Origin: Burkholderiales bacterium
GTDB lineage: Bacteria; Pseudomonadota; Gammaproteobacteria; Burkholderiales; SG8-39
NCBI GenBank assembly: GCA_036006885.1
Contig: DASYPG010000622.1
Location: 1 to 44,443 of the forward strand
DNA length: 44,443 nt
Reading direction: 5' to 3'
The first letter of the stretch is position 1, and each line of letters begins with the position of its first letter. The notes beneath the pieces were generated by a model that saw only the letters and a program-made list of their open reading frames with translations, was not told the DNA's origin and searched no databases. The position numbers and the translations under genes were made by a program. Below are positions 35,661-44,174 of this stretch, piece after piece.

Positions 35661-36760
35661 AGACGATTCAGCTCACGGTGAACGGCGAAGGCGTGCAGGC
35701 GCTGGTCGAGCCGCGCACGCACCTCGCCGACTTCCTGCGCGACCAGCAACGCCTCACCGGCACGCATCTCGGCTGCGAGCACGGCGTGTGCGGCGCCTGC
35801 ACCATCCTAGTCGACGGCCAGCCGGTGCGCTCGTGCATCACCTATGCGGTGCAATGCGAAGGCGCCGAGGTGCGCACGGTCGAAGGCTTCGAGGACGACG
35901 CGCTGATGAAGGAGCTGCGCGCCGCGTTCTCGCGCGAGTACGCGCTGCAGTGCGGCTTCTGCACGCCCGGCATGCTGATCGCGGCGCGCGACCTCGTCCT
36001 GCGCCTGCCCGGCGCGGACGAGCGGCGCATCCGCGAAGAGATGTCGGGCAACCTCTGCCGCTGCACCGGCTACGTCGGCATCGTGCGCGCGATCTCGTCG
36101 GTGGTGCAGTCGCGCCGCGCGTCGAACGAGGCAGTCGTCACGGAGCTGCCGGGCGCCCCGCCGGCGCCGCGCTTCACACCGGTGGCCGCAAAGAAGGCGC
36201 AAGCGGCGCAGCCGGTGACGGTGGGCGCGGGCACGCGCCTCGAGGACCAGGTGACGGTCCAGCATCCGCTGGACCGCGGGTGGGCGGTGTTCGCCGACAT
36301 GCCGGCAGTGGCGGCGTGCCTGCCCGGCGCGGAGATCACCGAGAGCAACGGCGATGCGGTGAAGGGCAGGATCAGCGTCAAGTTCGGGCCGCTGCGCGCC
36401 GCCTTCGCCGGCGGCGCCACGCTCGAGCGCGACGAGGCGGCGAAGCGCGGCGTGATCCACGGCGCCGGGCAGGACGCGCTGTCGTCCTCGCGCGCGCGCG
36501 GCGACATCGCCTACCAGCTGTTCGACGCCGGCGGCGGCGCGACGCGCATCGCCATCGGCATCGACTACAGCCTGCAGGGGCCGCTGGCGCAATTCTCGCG
36601 CGGCGGCCTGGTGAAAGAATTCGTCGGCCGCATGGTGGCGGAGTTCGGCAGGAACCTGGACGCGCATCTCGCCGGCGGCGCGCGCCGCGCGGCCGAGCTC
36701 GACGCGGGCGGCGTGTTCTGGAAATGGCTCTGGACGCGATGCAAGGCGCTGTTCAACTAG
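35657..36760 (+). CDS. [2Fe-2S] small subunit (CoxS-like) fused to a CoxG-like SRPBCC domain
   Basis: ATGA overlap. N-terminal GCEHGVCGACTILVDG and QCGFCTPGM...CRCTGY clusters. After an Ala/Pro linker, residues ~190-350 look like CoxG (GRISVKFGPLRAAFAG..., LAQFSRGGLVKEFVGRMVAEFGRNL). The tail is GVFWKWLWTRCKALFN. Confidence 0.8.
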   Translation: MKTIQLTVNGEGVQALVEPRTHLADFLRDQQRLTGTHLGCEHGVCGACTILVDGQPVRSCITYAVQCEGAEVRTVEGFEDDALMKELRAAFSREYALQCGFCTPGMLIAARDLVLRLPGADERRIREEMSGNLCRCTGYVGIVRAISSVVQSRRASNEAVVTELPGAPPAPRFTPVAAKKAQAAQPVTVGAGTRLEDQVTVQHPLDRGWAVFADMPAVAACLPGAEITESNGDAVKGRISVKFGPLRAAFAGGATLERDEAAKRGVIHGAGQDALSSSRARGDIAYQLFDAGGGATRIAIGIDYSLQGPLAQFSRGGLVKEFVGRMVAEFGRNLDAHLAGGARRAAELDAGGVFWKWLWTRCKALFN

Positions 36761-36774
36761 GGGAGGCACAGTCA

Positions 36775-37032
36775 ATGAAACCATGCAGAGCGGTGGCGGC
36801 AGCGTTGCTGGGCGTGTTTGCAGGCGCGGCCTGGGCGCAGGACAAGCTCGCGGTGCGCCTGGACTGGACACCGTGGGGCATTCACGCGGCGATCCATCTC
36901 GCCGCCGAGAAGGGCTGGTTCAAGCAGAACGGCATCGATGCCACCGTCGAGGACGGCAACCGGGCTGGTATCTGGGACACGCCTGGTACACGCTGCTCGT
37001 CACGCTGGGGGGCTTCGCGCTGGCTGTGCTGA
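36775..37032 (+). pseudogene. NMT1/THI5-like (nitrate/sulfonate/taurine type) ABC substrate-binding protein, N-terminal 62-codon remnant
   Basis: MKPCRAVAAALLGVFAGAAWAQDKLAVRLDWTPWGIHAAIHLAAEKGWFKQNGIDATVEDGN is a signal peptide followed by a typical family start. Similarity ends near 36960, and the frame terminates at 37032. Confidence 0.65.
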
Positions 37033-37589
37033 TCGGCGTGCTGCTCGCCATCCTGATCGTGGAATCGCGCCTGCTCGAAAAGAGCATCTATGCGCTGATC
37101 GTCGGCCTGAACAGCGTGCCCAAGGTGGCGGTGGCGCCGCTGTTCGTCATCTGGCTCGGCACCGACGCCGAGCCGAAGATTGCCATCGCATTTCTCATCG
37201 CCGTGTTCGCGATCGTCATCGACGCGGTGCTCGGCCTGAAGTCCGTGCCGCCCGACATCCTGGATCTCGCGCGCTCGCTGCGCGGCGGGCGCCTCGCCAC
37301 GCTGTGGCGCATCCGCTTTCCGTGCGCGCTGCCTTCGCTCTTCGCCGGCATGAAGGTGGCGATCGGCCTGGCGCTGGTCGGCGCGATCGTCGGCGAGTTC
37401 GTCTCCTCGCAGCGCGGTCTCGGCTACGTCATCCTGAGCGCGCAGGGCATGTTCGACACCGCGCGCGTGTTCGCCGCCATCCTGGTGCTGGCGGCGATGG
37501 GCGTGGCGCTCTTCTGGCTCATCGCGGTGCTCGAGCGCCTCGCCATCCCGTGGCATGCATCGCAGAAGGAACCCGTTTCATCCCACTAG
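36960..37589 (+). pseudogene. NitT/TauT-type ABC permease lacking roughly its first 50-60 residues (fused out of frame to the binding-protein stub)
   Basis: From 36960 a different frame reads PGWYLGHAWYTLLVTLGGFALAVLIG...SQRGLGYVILSAQGMFDTARVFAAILVLAAMG... (SsuC/TauC-like). The ORF-track N-terminus (36783-36959) is the binding-protein stub read out of frame. No ATPase gene is nearby. Confidence 0.65.
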
Positions 37590-37602
37590 AGAAGGAGTCA
37601 CC

Positions 37603-37977
37603 ATGGCACTCGTCCCCATCGCCAAGCAGGGCAACTACCTCCACATCTACGACTTCAAGGTCGATCCGGACCACATCGACGACTTCATCCGCCTGTTCAA
37701 CCAGTTCGACTACTCCGACGCCAACCCGATGCACAAGTCGCCGGCGCAGGTGAAGGACGGCGCGCTGGTGCAGGACGTGAAGGACCCGACGCGCTTCTGG
37801 CTGATCGGCGAGTGGGCCGACATCGAGGTGCACGCGCGGATTCTGAAGGAGTTCAAGGGCATCAAGCCCGAGTTCATCAAGCACATCGTCGGCGGCAAGT
37901 TCACCCCCGACTACGGCAAGGTGGTGTCGGCGACTCCGCAGCACATCCTCGACAAGGCGCAAAAAGAGCGGGCGTGA
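37603..37977 (+). CDS. Small hypothetical protein, possibly of the ABM/dimeric alpha-beta-barrel superfamily
   Basis: 124 aa with a GAAGGAG RBS. Pattern LHIYDFKVDPDHIDDFIRLFN...FWLIGEWADIEVHARI. The fold assignment is tentative. Confidence 0.4.
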   Translation: MALVPIAKQGNYLHIYDFKVDPDHIDDFIRLFNQFDYSDANPMHKSPAQVKDGALVQDVKDPTRFWLIGEWADIEVHARILKEFKGIKPEFIKHIVGGKFTPDYGKVVSATPQHILDKAQKERA

Positions 37978-38618
37978 AGCTCTACACGTTCTTCCGCTCG
38001 TCGACGTCGTACCGGCTGCGCATCGCGCTCGCCTGGAAGAAGCTGCCGTACGAGCCCGTGTACACCAGCCTGCCTGGAATGAAGCACAAGGACCCCGCTT
38101 TTCTCGCGCTCAACCCGCAGGGACTGGTACCAGCACTGGTGAGTGATGAAGGCAAGGCGTACACGCAGTCGATGGCGATGATCGAATGGCTCGACGAGCG
38201 CTATCCCGAGCCGCCGCTCATGCCGCGCGGCCGCGAGGAGAAGTGGTATGTGCGCTCGGTGTCGCAGATCATCGGCTGCGAGATGCACCCGCTCAACAAC
38301 ACGCGGGTGCTGAAGTATCTGAAGAGCGCGTATGGCCTGGACGACGGCAAGGTCAACGGCGACTGGTACCCGCACTGGATCGCCGAGGGCTTCCAGGGCC
38401 TGGAAGGCTTTCTCGCCTCGGAGAAGCGCTCGGGCGCCTACTGCTTCGGCGAGCAAGTCACGATGGCCGACGTCTGTCTCGTGCCGCAGGTGTTCAATGC
38501 GCAGCGCTTCAATTGCGACCTCAAGGCGTATCCCACGGTGATGGCGATCTTCGAGCGCTGCATGAAGCTGCCGGCGTTCTCGCAGACCCGGCCCTCGACA
38601 CAGGGAGACGCGGCCTGA
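37974..38618 (+). CDS. maiA: Zeta-class glutathione S-transferase / maleylacetoacetate (maleylpyruvate)-type isomerase
   Basis: GTGA overlap. KLYTFFRSSTSYRLRIALAWKKLPYE (the SSxSxRxRIAL motif of zeta GSTs), LNPQGLVPAL, QSMAMIEWLDERYPEPPLMP. Confidence 0.8.
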   Translation: MKLYTFFRSSTSYRLRIALAWKKLPYEPVYTSLPGMKHKDPAFLALNPQGLVPALVSDEGKAYTQSMAMIEWLDERYPEPPLMPRGREEKWYVRSVSQIIGCEMHPLNNTRVLKYLKSAYGLDDGKVNGDWYPHWIAEGFQGLEGFLASEKRSGAYCFGEQVTMADVCLVPQVFNAQRFNCDLKAYPTVMAIFERCMKLPAFSQTRPSTQGDAA

Positions 38619-39496
38619 CGCTCCCGCAGCAGCCGTATTTCGGCTACTCCACCATCGTCGACCGGCCGCAGTTCTCCTGGCCCGGCGGCAAGCGCCTCGC
38701 GTTCCACCTCTGCCTCAACCTCGAGGCGTTCGCCTATGACACCGGCCTCGGCATCTCGTACTCGCCGGGCCTGCCGCATCCGAACTCGTACAACTGGGGC
38801 TGGCGCGAGTACGGCAACCGCGTGGGCGTGTGGCGGCTGATCAAGCTGTTCGACCAGCTGGACCTGCCGGTCTCGGTGCTCCTGAACAGCGAGGTCTACG
38901 GCCATTGCCCCGAGGTGGTGACGGCGCTGCGCAGGCGCGGCGACGAGATCGTCGGCCACGGCCGCACGAACTCGGAGCACCAGAACGACTTCAAGGAAGA
39001 GGGCGAGCGGCAGCTCATCGCCGAGGTCACCGGCGCCATCCGCCAGCACGAGGGAAAGCCACCCGCCGGCTGGCTATCGCCCGGCGTGAATCCGAGCAGG
39101 GTCACGCCCGACCTCCTGCGGGAGGCGGGCTACAAGTACCTGCTCGACTGGCCGATGGACGACCAGCCGGTGTGGATGCGAACGCGCAGCGGCCCGATCC
39201 TCTCGCTGCCATACCCGCACGAGGTGAACGACATTCCGATGATCGCGCTGCATCACGGCACCGCGGACAGGTTCGCCGAGATGATCATCGACAACTTCGA
39301 AGAGATGCTCGAGCAGTCGCGCGAGCACTCGCTCGTCTACGGCGTCTCCATCCACGCCTTCCTCGTCGGCCAGCCGTACCGGCTGCGCCATTTCCGCCGC
39401 GCGATGCAGCACATCCGCCAGGCGCCCGACCGCGTCTGGTTCGCGACCACTGGCCAGATCGCCGAGCACTACGCGAAGCTTTTTCCGGCCGGTTAG
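38615..39496 (+). CDS. Polysaccharide-deacetylase-fold hydrolase (PuuE/allantoinase-like); start uncertain (CTG at 38615 or TTG at 38513)
   Basis: QQPYFGYSTIVDRPQFSWPGGKRLAFHLCLNLEAF..., IVGHGRTNSEH, LLDWPMDDQPVW. The conserved part begins at the maiA stop. GGGAGA lies 6 nt upstream of the CTG at 38615, which overlaps the TGA (CTGA). Confidence 0.7.
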   Translation: MTLPQQPYFGYSTIVDRPQFSWPGGKRLAFHLCLNLEAFAYDTGLGISYSPGLPHPNSYNWGWREYGNRVGVWRLIKLFDQLDLPVSVLLNSEVYGHCPEVVTALRRRGDEIVGHGRTNSEHQNDFKEEGERQLIAEVTGAIRQHEGKPPAGWLSPGVNPSRVTPDLLREAGYKYLLDWPMDDQPVWMRTRSGPILSLPYPHEVNDIPMIALHHGTADRFAEMIIDNFEEMLEQSREHSLVYGVSIHAFLVGQPYRLRHFRRAMQHIRQAPDRVWFATTGQIAEHYAKLFPAG

Positions 39497-39506
39497 CGCT
39501 TCCGGA

Positions 39507-39727
39507 GTGTCCAATGTCTGGCGCCCAGGCGTGGTCGAAATGCTTCGCGCGCATGGCGTCGAAGTGGTCTTCGGCCTCTGCGGCGACACCGCGTGGCGGC
39601 CTTCGAGCACTGGCTCGTCCACGGCGCGGGCCATGCCTGGTCGGGCGGCGACGGCTCCGCCGTGTACGCGGACGCGAAGGGGCCGGATGCGTCGCGCGAG
39701 ATGCTGCGCTTCTTTCGCGTGCGATAA
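39507..39727 (+). pseudogene. Remnant of a thiamine-diphosphate enzyme (acetolactate-synthase-like N-terminus, about 28 codons), then an unrelated or frameshifted tail
   Basis: The frame from 39507 reads SNVWRPGVVEMLRAHGVEVVFGLCGDT, the typical first beta-alpha-beta of TPP enzymes, and then loses similarity. Another frame ends ...GAGHAWSGGDGS...REMLRFFRVR with a stop at 39725-39727. Confidence 0.45.
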
Positions 39728-39732
39728 GCACG

Positions 39733-41964
39733 CTACCGCTTCGCGGCCTGGATCATCTCCCACAGCCGCGGCGGCGAGAGCGGCAGGCTCCTCGGCTGGA
39801 CGCCGAGCGCCGCGAGCGCCGCGGCGACCGCGTTGCCGATCACGCCGCCCACCGAGATGAGGCCGCCTTCGCTCGCGCCCTTCGCGCCGCCCATGAGGCC
39901 GATGTCCGTCGGCGCGTGCTCCATCACGATGCCGCGCAGCGCGGGGAAATCGCTCGCGCTCGGCAGCAGGTAGTCGGCGAGCGAAGCGGTAAGGAAGTTT
40001 CCGTCGCGGTCGTATTGCAGGTGCTCGAGGAACGCGCCGCCGAGGCCCTGCACCAGCGCGCCGATGAGCTGGCCGTGCGCGGTGAGCGGGTTGATGACGC
40101 GGCCCATGTCCTGCACCACCACGTAATCGAGCAGGCGCACGTGCCCGGTCTTCGGGTCGACCGCGACATGCGCCGCCGCCGTGCCGTAGGAATAGGTGTG
40201 GCGAGTGTTGGCGTACGAGGCCTCAGCCGTGATGCCGTGCGCCGCGAGCGCCTTGAGATCCACATCCTCGAGGTTGAAATCGCTCGAGGCACGGCCGAGG
40301 CGCTGTGCCACCTTCTCCTTGATCTCGCGCGCGGCCAGCAGCACCGCGGACCCGCCCATGACGGTGGCGCGGGAGTGGTAAGAGCCGAAGCCCTCGGCGA
40401 CGCCGGTGGTGGAACCGTGGAAGATGCGGATGCGCTCCATCGGCAGCCCCAGCGCATCGGCGGCGATCTGCACCATCACCGTCTCGACGCCCTGGCCGAC
40501 GTTGGTGGAGCCGACGAAGACCGAGACGTTGCCGTCGGGGTCGAGCACGATGCGCGCGCCTTCGCGCGGGCCCGTGGCGCCGCCTTCGATGTAGCAGCCC
40601 AGGCCGAGCCCGTGGTAGCGGCCGTCGATCAATTTGCCTTGCAGCTGCTTCTTCTCCTCCCACCCGAATTCCTGAAGGCAGCGATCGAGCGTGAGGCGAT
40701 AGTCGCCGCTGTCGAGCTCTTCCTTCTTCTCCGGCGGACGCGCGGTGGCGATGGGGTAGGGCATCTCGGCGACCGTCGGCAGGTTGCGGCGGCGGAACTC
40801 CACCGGGTCGATGCCGAGGTCCTTCGCCGCCATGTCGAACAGGCGCTCGCGGAAGAAGTCGCTCTCGTAGCGGCCGGGTCCGCGGTAGGTGCCGACCGGG
40901 CACTTGTTGGTGAGCAGCGCGTGCGACTCGACGTGGTAGTTCGGCACGCGGTAGCAGCCCGACAGAAACTGCGCGACGTTGCGCGCCGGGATCGAGCCGT
41001 TGGCGCGGAAGTAGGCGCCCATGTCGACCCACACTTTCCCGCGCAGCGCGACGATGGTGCCATCCTTCTCGCACAGGAGCTCGAGCTCGCAGTCCATCTC
41101 GCGTGAGTGGTTGGCGGCGAGCAGGTTCTCGCGCCGGTCCTCGATCCACTTCACCGGGCGAGCGAGCTTGCGTGCAGCGAACGGGATGAGGAAGTCCTCG
41201 GGATAGAACTCGCCGCGCACGCCGAAGCCGCCGCCGACGTCGCCCTCGATCATGTCGATGCAGTCCTCGGGCAGGTCCATGTTCTTGGAGAGGGTCCGGC
41301 GCGACTGGAACGGCACCTTGGCCACGCCTTCGACCGTGAGCTTGGTGCGCGCGCCGTCCCACGAGGCAAGCACGCCGCGCGGCTCCATCGTCACCGCGGT
41401 GTGGCGCTGCACCGAGAAGTGCTCGCGGCGCACGTAAGGCGCCCCGGCGTTGAGCGCGTCGCCTTTGGTTCCGGTGTACGTCTGCGCGAGGTTCGAGCCC
41501 TGCGCTTCGAACAGGAGCGCCTCGCCTTTTTCCGCCGCGCGCCGGTCGGGGACCGGCGCCAGCGGCTCGATGTCGAGCTCGATCGCATCGGCGGCGTCTT
41601 CGGCCTGCGCGAGCGAATCGGCCACCACCACGGCCACCGGCTCGCCGACGTAGCGCACCTTCGCCTGCGCGATCACCGGCTGCTCGAAGGGCACGACCTC
41701 CGGCGTCGGCAGCAGGCGCAGCGGCACGGTGGGCACGGTGCCGCCGTCCTTGGCGATATCCGCGGCGGTGAAGATGGCGCGAACGCCCGGCATGCTGCGG
41801 GCGTTGCGGATGCTCACGTTGCGCAGGATGCCGTGCGGCACCGAGCTCCTCACGATCGCCGCGTGCAGCATGCCTTCGCGGTGCAGATCGTCGACGTATT
41901 GGCCGCGCCCGCGCAGAAGCCGCAGGTCCTCGATGCGCTCGATCGGCCGCCCGACGTAGCTCAT
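39733..41964 (-). CDS. Molybdopterin-dependent hydroxylase large subunit (CoxL/XDH family), copy 3
   Basis: 743 aa. MSYVGRPIERIEDLRLLRGRGQYVDD..., GDVGGGFGVRGE, GTYRGPGRYE, GAKGASEGGLISVGG. ATGA overlap with copy 4. Confidence 0.9.
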   Translation of the reverse strand: MSYVGRPIERIEDLRLLRGRGQYVDDLHREGMLHAAIVRSSVPHGILRNVSIRNARSMPGVRAIFTAADIAKDGGTVPTVPLRLLPTPEVVPFEQPVIAQAKVRYVGEPVAVVVADSLAQAEDAADAIELDIEPLAPVPDRRAAEKGEALLFEAQGSNLAQTYTGTKGDALNAGAPYVRREHFSVQRHTAVTMEPRGVLASWDGARTKLTVEGVAKVPFQSRRTLSKNMDLPEDCIDMIEGDVGGGFGVRGEFYPEDFLIPFAARKLARPVKWIEDRRENLLAANHSREMDCELELLCEKDGTIVALRGKVWVDMGAYFRANGSIPARNVAQFLSGCYRVPNYHVESHALLTNKCPVGTYRGPGRYESDFFRERLFDMAAKDLGIDPVEFRRRNLPTVAEMPYPIATARPPEKKEELDSGDYRLTLDRCLQEFGWEEKKQLQGKLIDGRYHGLGLGCYIEGGATGPREGARIVLDPDGNVSVFVGSTNVGQGVETVMVQIAADALGLPMERIRIFHGSTTGVAEGFGSYHSRATVMGGSAVLLAAREIKEKVAQRLGRASSDFNLEDVDLKALAAHGITAEASYANTRHTYSYGTAAAHVAVDPKTGHVRLLDYVVVQDMGRVINPLTAHGQLIGALVQGLGGAFLEHLQYDRDGNFLTASLADYLLPSASDFPALRGIVMEHAPTDIGLMGGAKGASEGGLISVGGVIGNAVAAALAALGVQPRSLPLSPPRLWEMIQAAKR

Positions 41965-44174
41965 CGCGCTGCTTGGATGATCTCCCACACGCGCGAAGGC
42001 GTCAGCGGAAGAACGCGCGGCACCGCGCCGAGCGGCGCGAGCGCGGCCGCCACGGCGTTGGCGACGACGCCGCCTACCGCGACGATGCCGCCTTCGCCGG
42101 CGCCCTTGGCGCCGAGCGGATTCACCGGCGAGGGCACGTCCTCGAGCACGAACGCGCGCACGCTTGGGAAATCGGTCGACGTGGGCAGCAGGTAATCGGC
42201 GAGCGAGCCGGTGAGGAATTGGCCGTTCTCGTCGTACTGGAAGTGCTCGAGGAGCGTTCCGCCCAGGCCTTGAACCGCGGCGCCGACGATCTGGCCGTTG
42301 GCGAGCAGCGGGTTCACGATCTTGCCGATGTCCTCGACCGTGACGTAGTCGATGACGCGCACATGGCCGGTGCGCGGATCGACCGCGACGTGCGCCGCGG
42401 CCGTGCCGCTCGCGTAGGTGTGCCGATGGTTGTGGAAGGTGGTTTCCACCGAGATCGGGGCGAGCGCCTTCAGGTCGACATTTTTCAAACTGCCAACGTC
42501 GTGACCCAGACGTTTGCCGATCTCGTCCTTCAGTTCCTTCGCCGCCATCAGCACCGCCGTGCCGCTCATGACGGTGGAGCGCGAGTGGAACGAGCCGAAG
42601 CCTTCCTTCACTGCGGTGGTCGAGCCGTGGAAGATGCGAAGCTTGTCCATCGGCAGCCCGAGCGCGTCCGCGGCGATCTGCACCATCACGGTCTCGAGCC
42701 CCTGGCCGATGCTCGTGCCGCCGACGAACACGCTGACGCCGCCGTCGGCGTCGAGCACCATGCGCGCGCTCTCGCGCGGCCCCGCCGCGCCGCCTTCGAT
42801 GAAGCAGGTGAGCGCGATGCCGTGGTAACGACCGTCGACCAATTTGCCTTGTAGTTTCTTCTTTCCCTCCCAGCCGAATTCCTTAATGCAACGATCGAGC
42901 GCGATCTCGTAATTGCCGCTGTCGAGCTCCTCCTTCTTCTCGGGGAGATTGAGCGTGGCGAGCGGGAAGGGGAACTCGTCCTTGCGCGCGAGGTTCTTGC
43001 GCCGGAACTCGACCGGGTCGACGCCGAGCTCGCGCGCGGCGAGGTCGAACATGCGCTCGCGGAAGAAATCGGCCTCGAAGCGTCCCGGCCCGCGGTAGGT
43101 GCCGACCGGCGTCTTGTTCGAGAGGAACATCGTCGACTCGATGTGGAGGTTCGGGATGCGGTAAGGTCCCGACATCATCTGCGCGCAGTTCCTCGGCACC
43201 ATGGTGCCGTTGGCGCGCGCATAGGCGCCCATGTTCACCCAGATGTGCCCGCGCAGCGCGAGCACCGTGCCGTCCTTCTCGCAGGCGATCTCGAGCTCGG
43301 CCTCGATCTCGCGTGAATGGTTGGCGGCGAGCAGGTTCTCGCGCCGGTCCTCGACCCATTTCACCGGGCGGCCCAGCTTGCGCGCGGTCCAGGGGATGAG
43401 GAAGTCCTCGGGGTGGAACTCCCCGCGCACGCCGAAGCCGCCGCCGACGTCGCCCTCGATCATGTCGATGCAGTCCTCGGGGAGATCCATGTTCTTCGCG
43501 ATCACCTTGCGGGACTGGAACGGCACCTTGGCCGCGCCTTCGACGGTGAGCTTGGTCTTCGCGCCGTCCCAGGTGGCCAGCAGCCCGCGCGGCTCGAGGC
43601 ACACCGCCGAATGGCGGTTGGTGGAGAGGCGCTCGCGCCGCACGTACGGTGCTTTCACCGAAAGGGCGTCGCCCTTGGCGGCGATGTAGCTGATCGGAAT
43701 GTTGGTTCCCGCCTCCTCGATGAGGAGCGAGCTGTTCTTGACCGCGGTTTCGCGGTCGGGCACCGGGGCGAGCGGCTCGATGTCCGCCTCGATCGCGTCG
43801 AGCGCGTCCTCGGCCTGCGCGAGCGTGTCGGCGACCACGATCGCGATCGGCTCGCCTACATAGCGCACCTTCTTCTTGGCCATGCACGGCTGCTCGAAGG
43901 GCAGGAGCTGGTCGACCGGCATGAGGCGCACGGGAATCGCCGGCACCTTGGCATTGCCCGGCGCGATATCCTCGCCGGTGTACACCGCGCGCACCCCGGG
44001 CATCGCGCGTGCCTTGCCGGTATTGATGTTCCGAATCCGGCCGTGGGGGACCGAGCTCCGAAGGATTGCGGCGTGGACCATGCCGTCCCTGTGCAGATCG
44101 TCGACGTACTTGCCGCGTCCGCGCAGGAGACGCAGGTCCTCCAGGCGCTCGATCGACTGTCCGACGTAGCTCAT
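41961..44174 (-). CDS. Molybdopterin-dependent hydroxylase large subunit (CoxL/XDH family), copy 4 (tandem paralogue of copy 3)
   Basis: 737 aa. MSYVGQSIERLEDLRLLRGRGKYVDD..., GDVGGGFGVRGE, GTYRGPGRFE, GAKGAGEGGIVAVGG. ATGA overlap with the upstream 2Fe-2S subunit. Confidence 0.9.
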   Translation of the reverse strand: MSYVGQSIERLEDLRLLRGRGKYVDDLHRDGMVHAAILRSSVPHGRIRNINTGKARAMPGVRAVYTGEDIAPGNAKVPAIPVRLMPVDQLLPFEQPCMAKKKVRYVGEPIAIVVADTLAQAEDALDAIEADIEPLAPVPDRETAVKNSSLLIEEAGTNIPISYIAAKGDALSVKAPYVRRERLSTNRHSAVCLEPRGLLATWDGAKTKLTVEGAAKVPFQSRKVIAKNMDLPEDCIDMIEGDVGGGFGVRGEFHPEDFLIPWTARKLGRPVKWVEDRRENLLAANHSREIEAELEIACEKDGTVLALRGHIWVNMGAYARANGTMVPRNCAQMMSGPYRIPNLHIESTMFLSNKTPVGTYRGPGRFEADFFRERMFDLAARELGVDPVEFRRKNLARKDEFPFPLATLNLPEKKEELDSGNYEIALDRCIKEFGWEGKKKLQGKLVDGRYHGIALTCFIEGGAAGPRESARMVLDADGGVSVFVGGTSIGQGLETVMVQIAADALGLPMDKLRIFHGSTTAVKEGFGSFHSRSTVMSGTAVLMAAKELKDEIGKRLGHDVGSLKNVDLKALAPISVETTFHNHRHTYASGTAAAHVAVDPRTGHVRVIDYVTVEDIGKIVNPLLANGQIVGAAVQGLGGTLLEHFQYDENGQFLTGSLADYLLPTSTDFPSVRAFVLEDVPSPVNPLGAKGAGEGGIVAVGGVVANAVAAALAPLGAVPRVLPLTPSRVWEIIQAAR

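Larger units (their letters stand above)
39733..44174 (-). repeat. Tandem direct duplication of a ~2.2-kb large-subunit gene (period about 2210 bp)
   Basis: The two CDSs are collinear. Identical DNA runs include 41213-41271 = 43423-43481 (59 nt) and 41108-41144 = 43318-43354 (37 nt). Confidence 0.85.
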
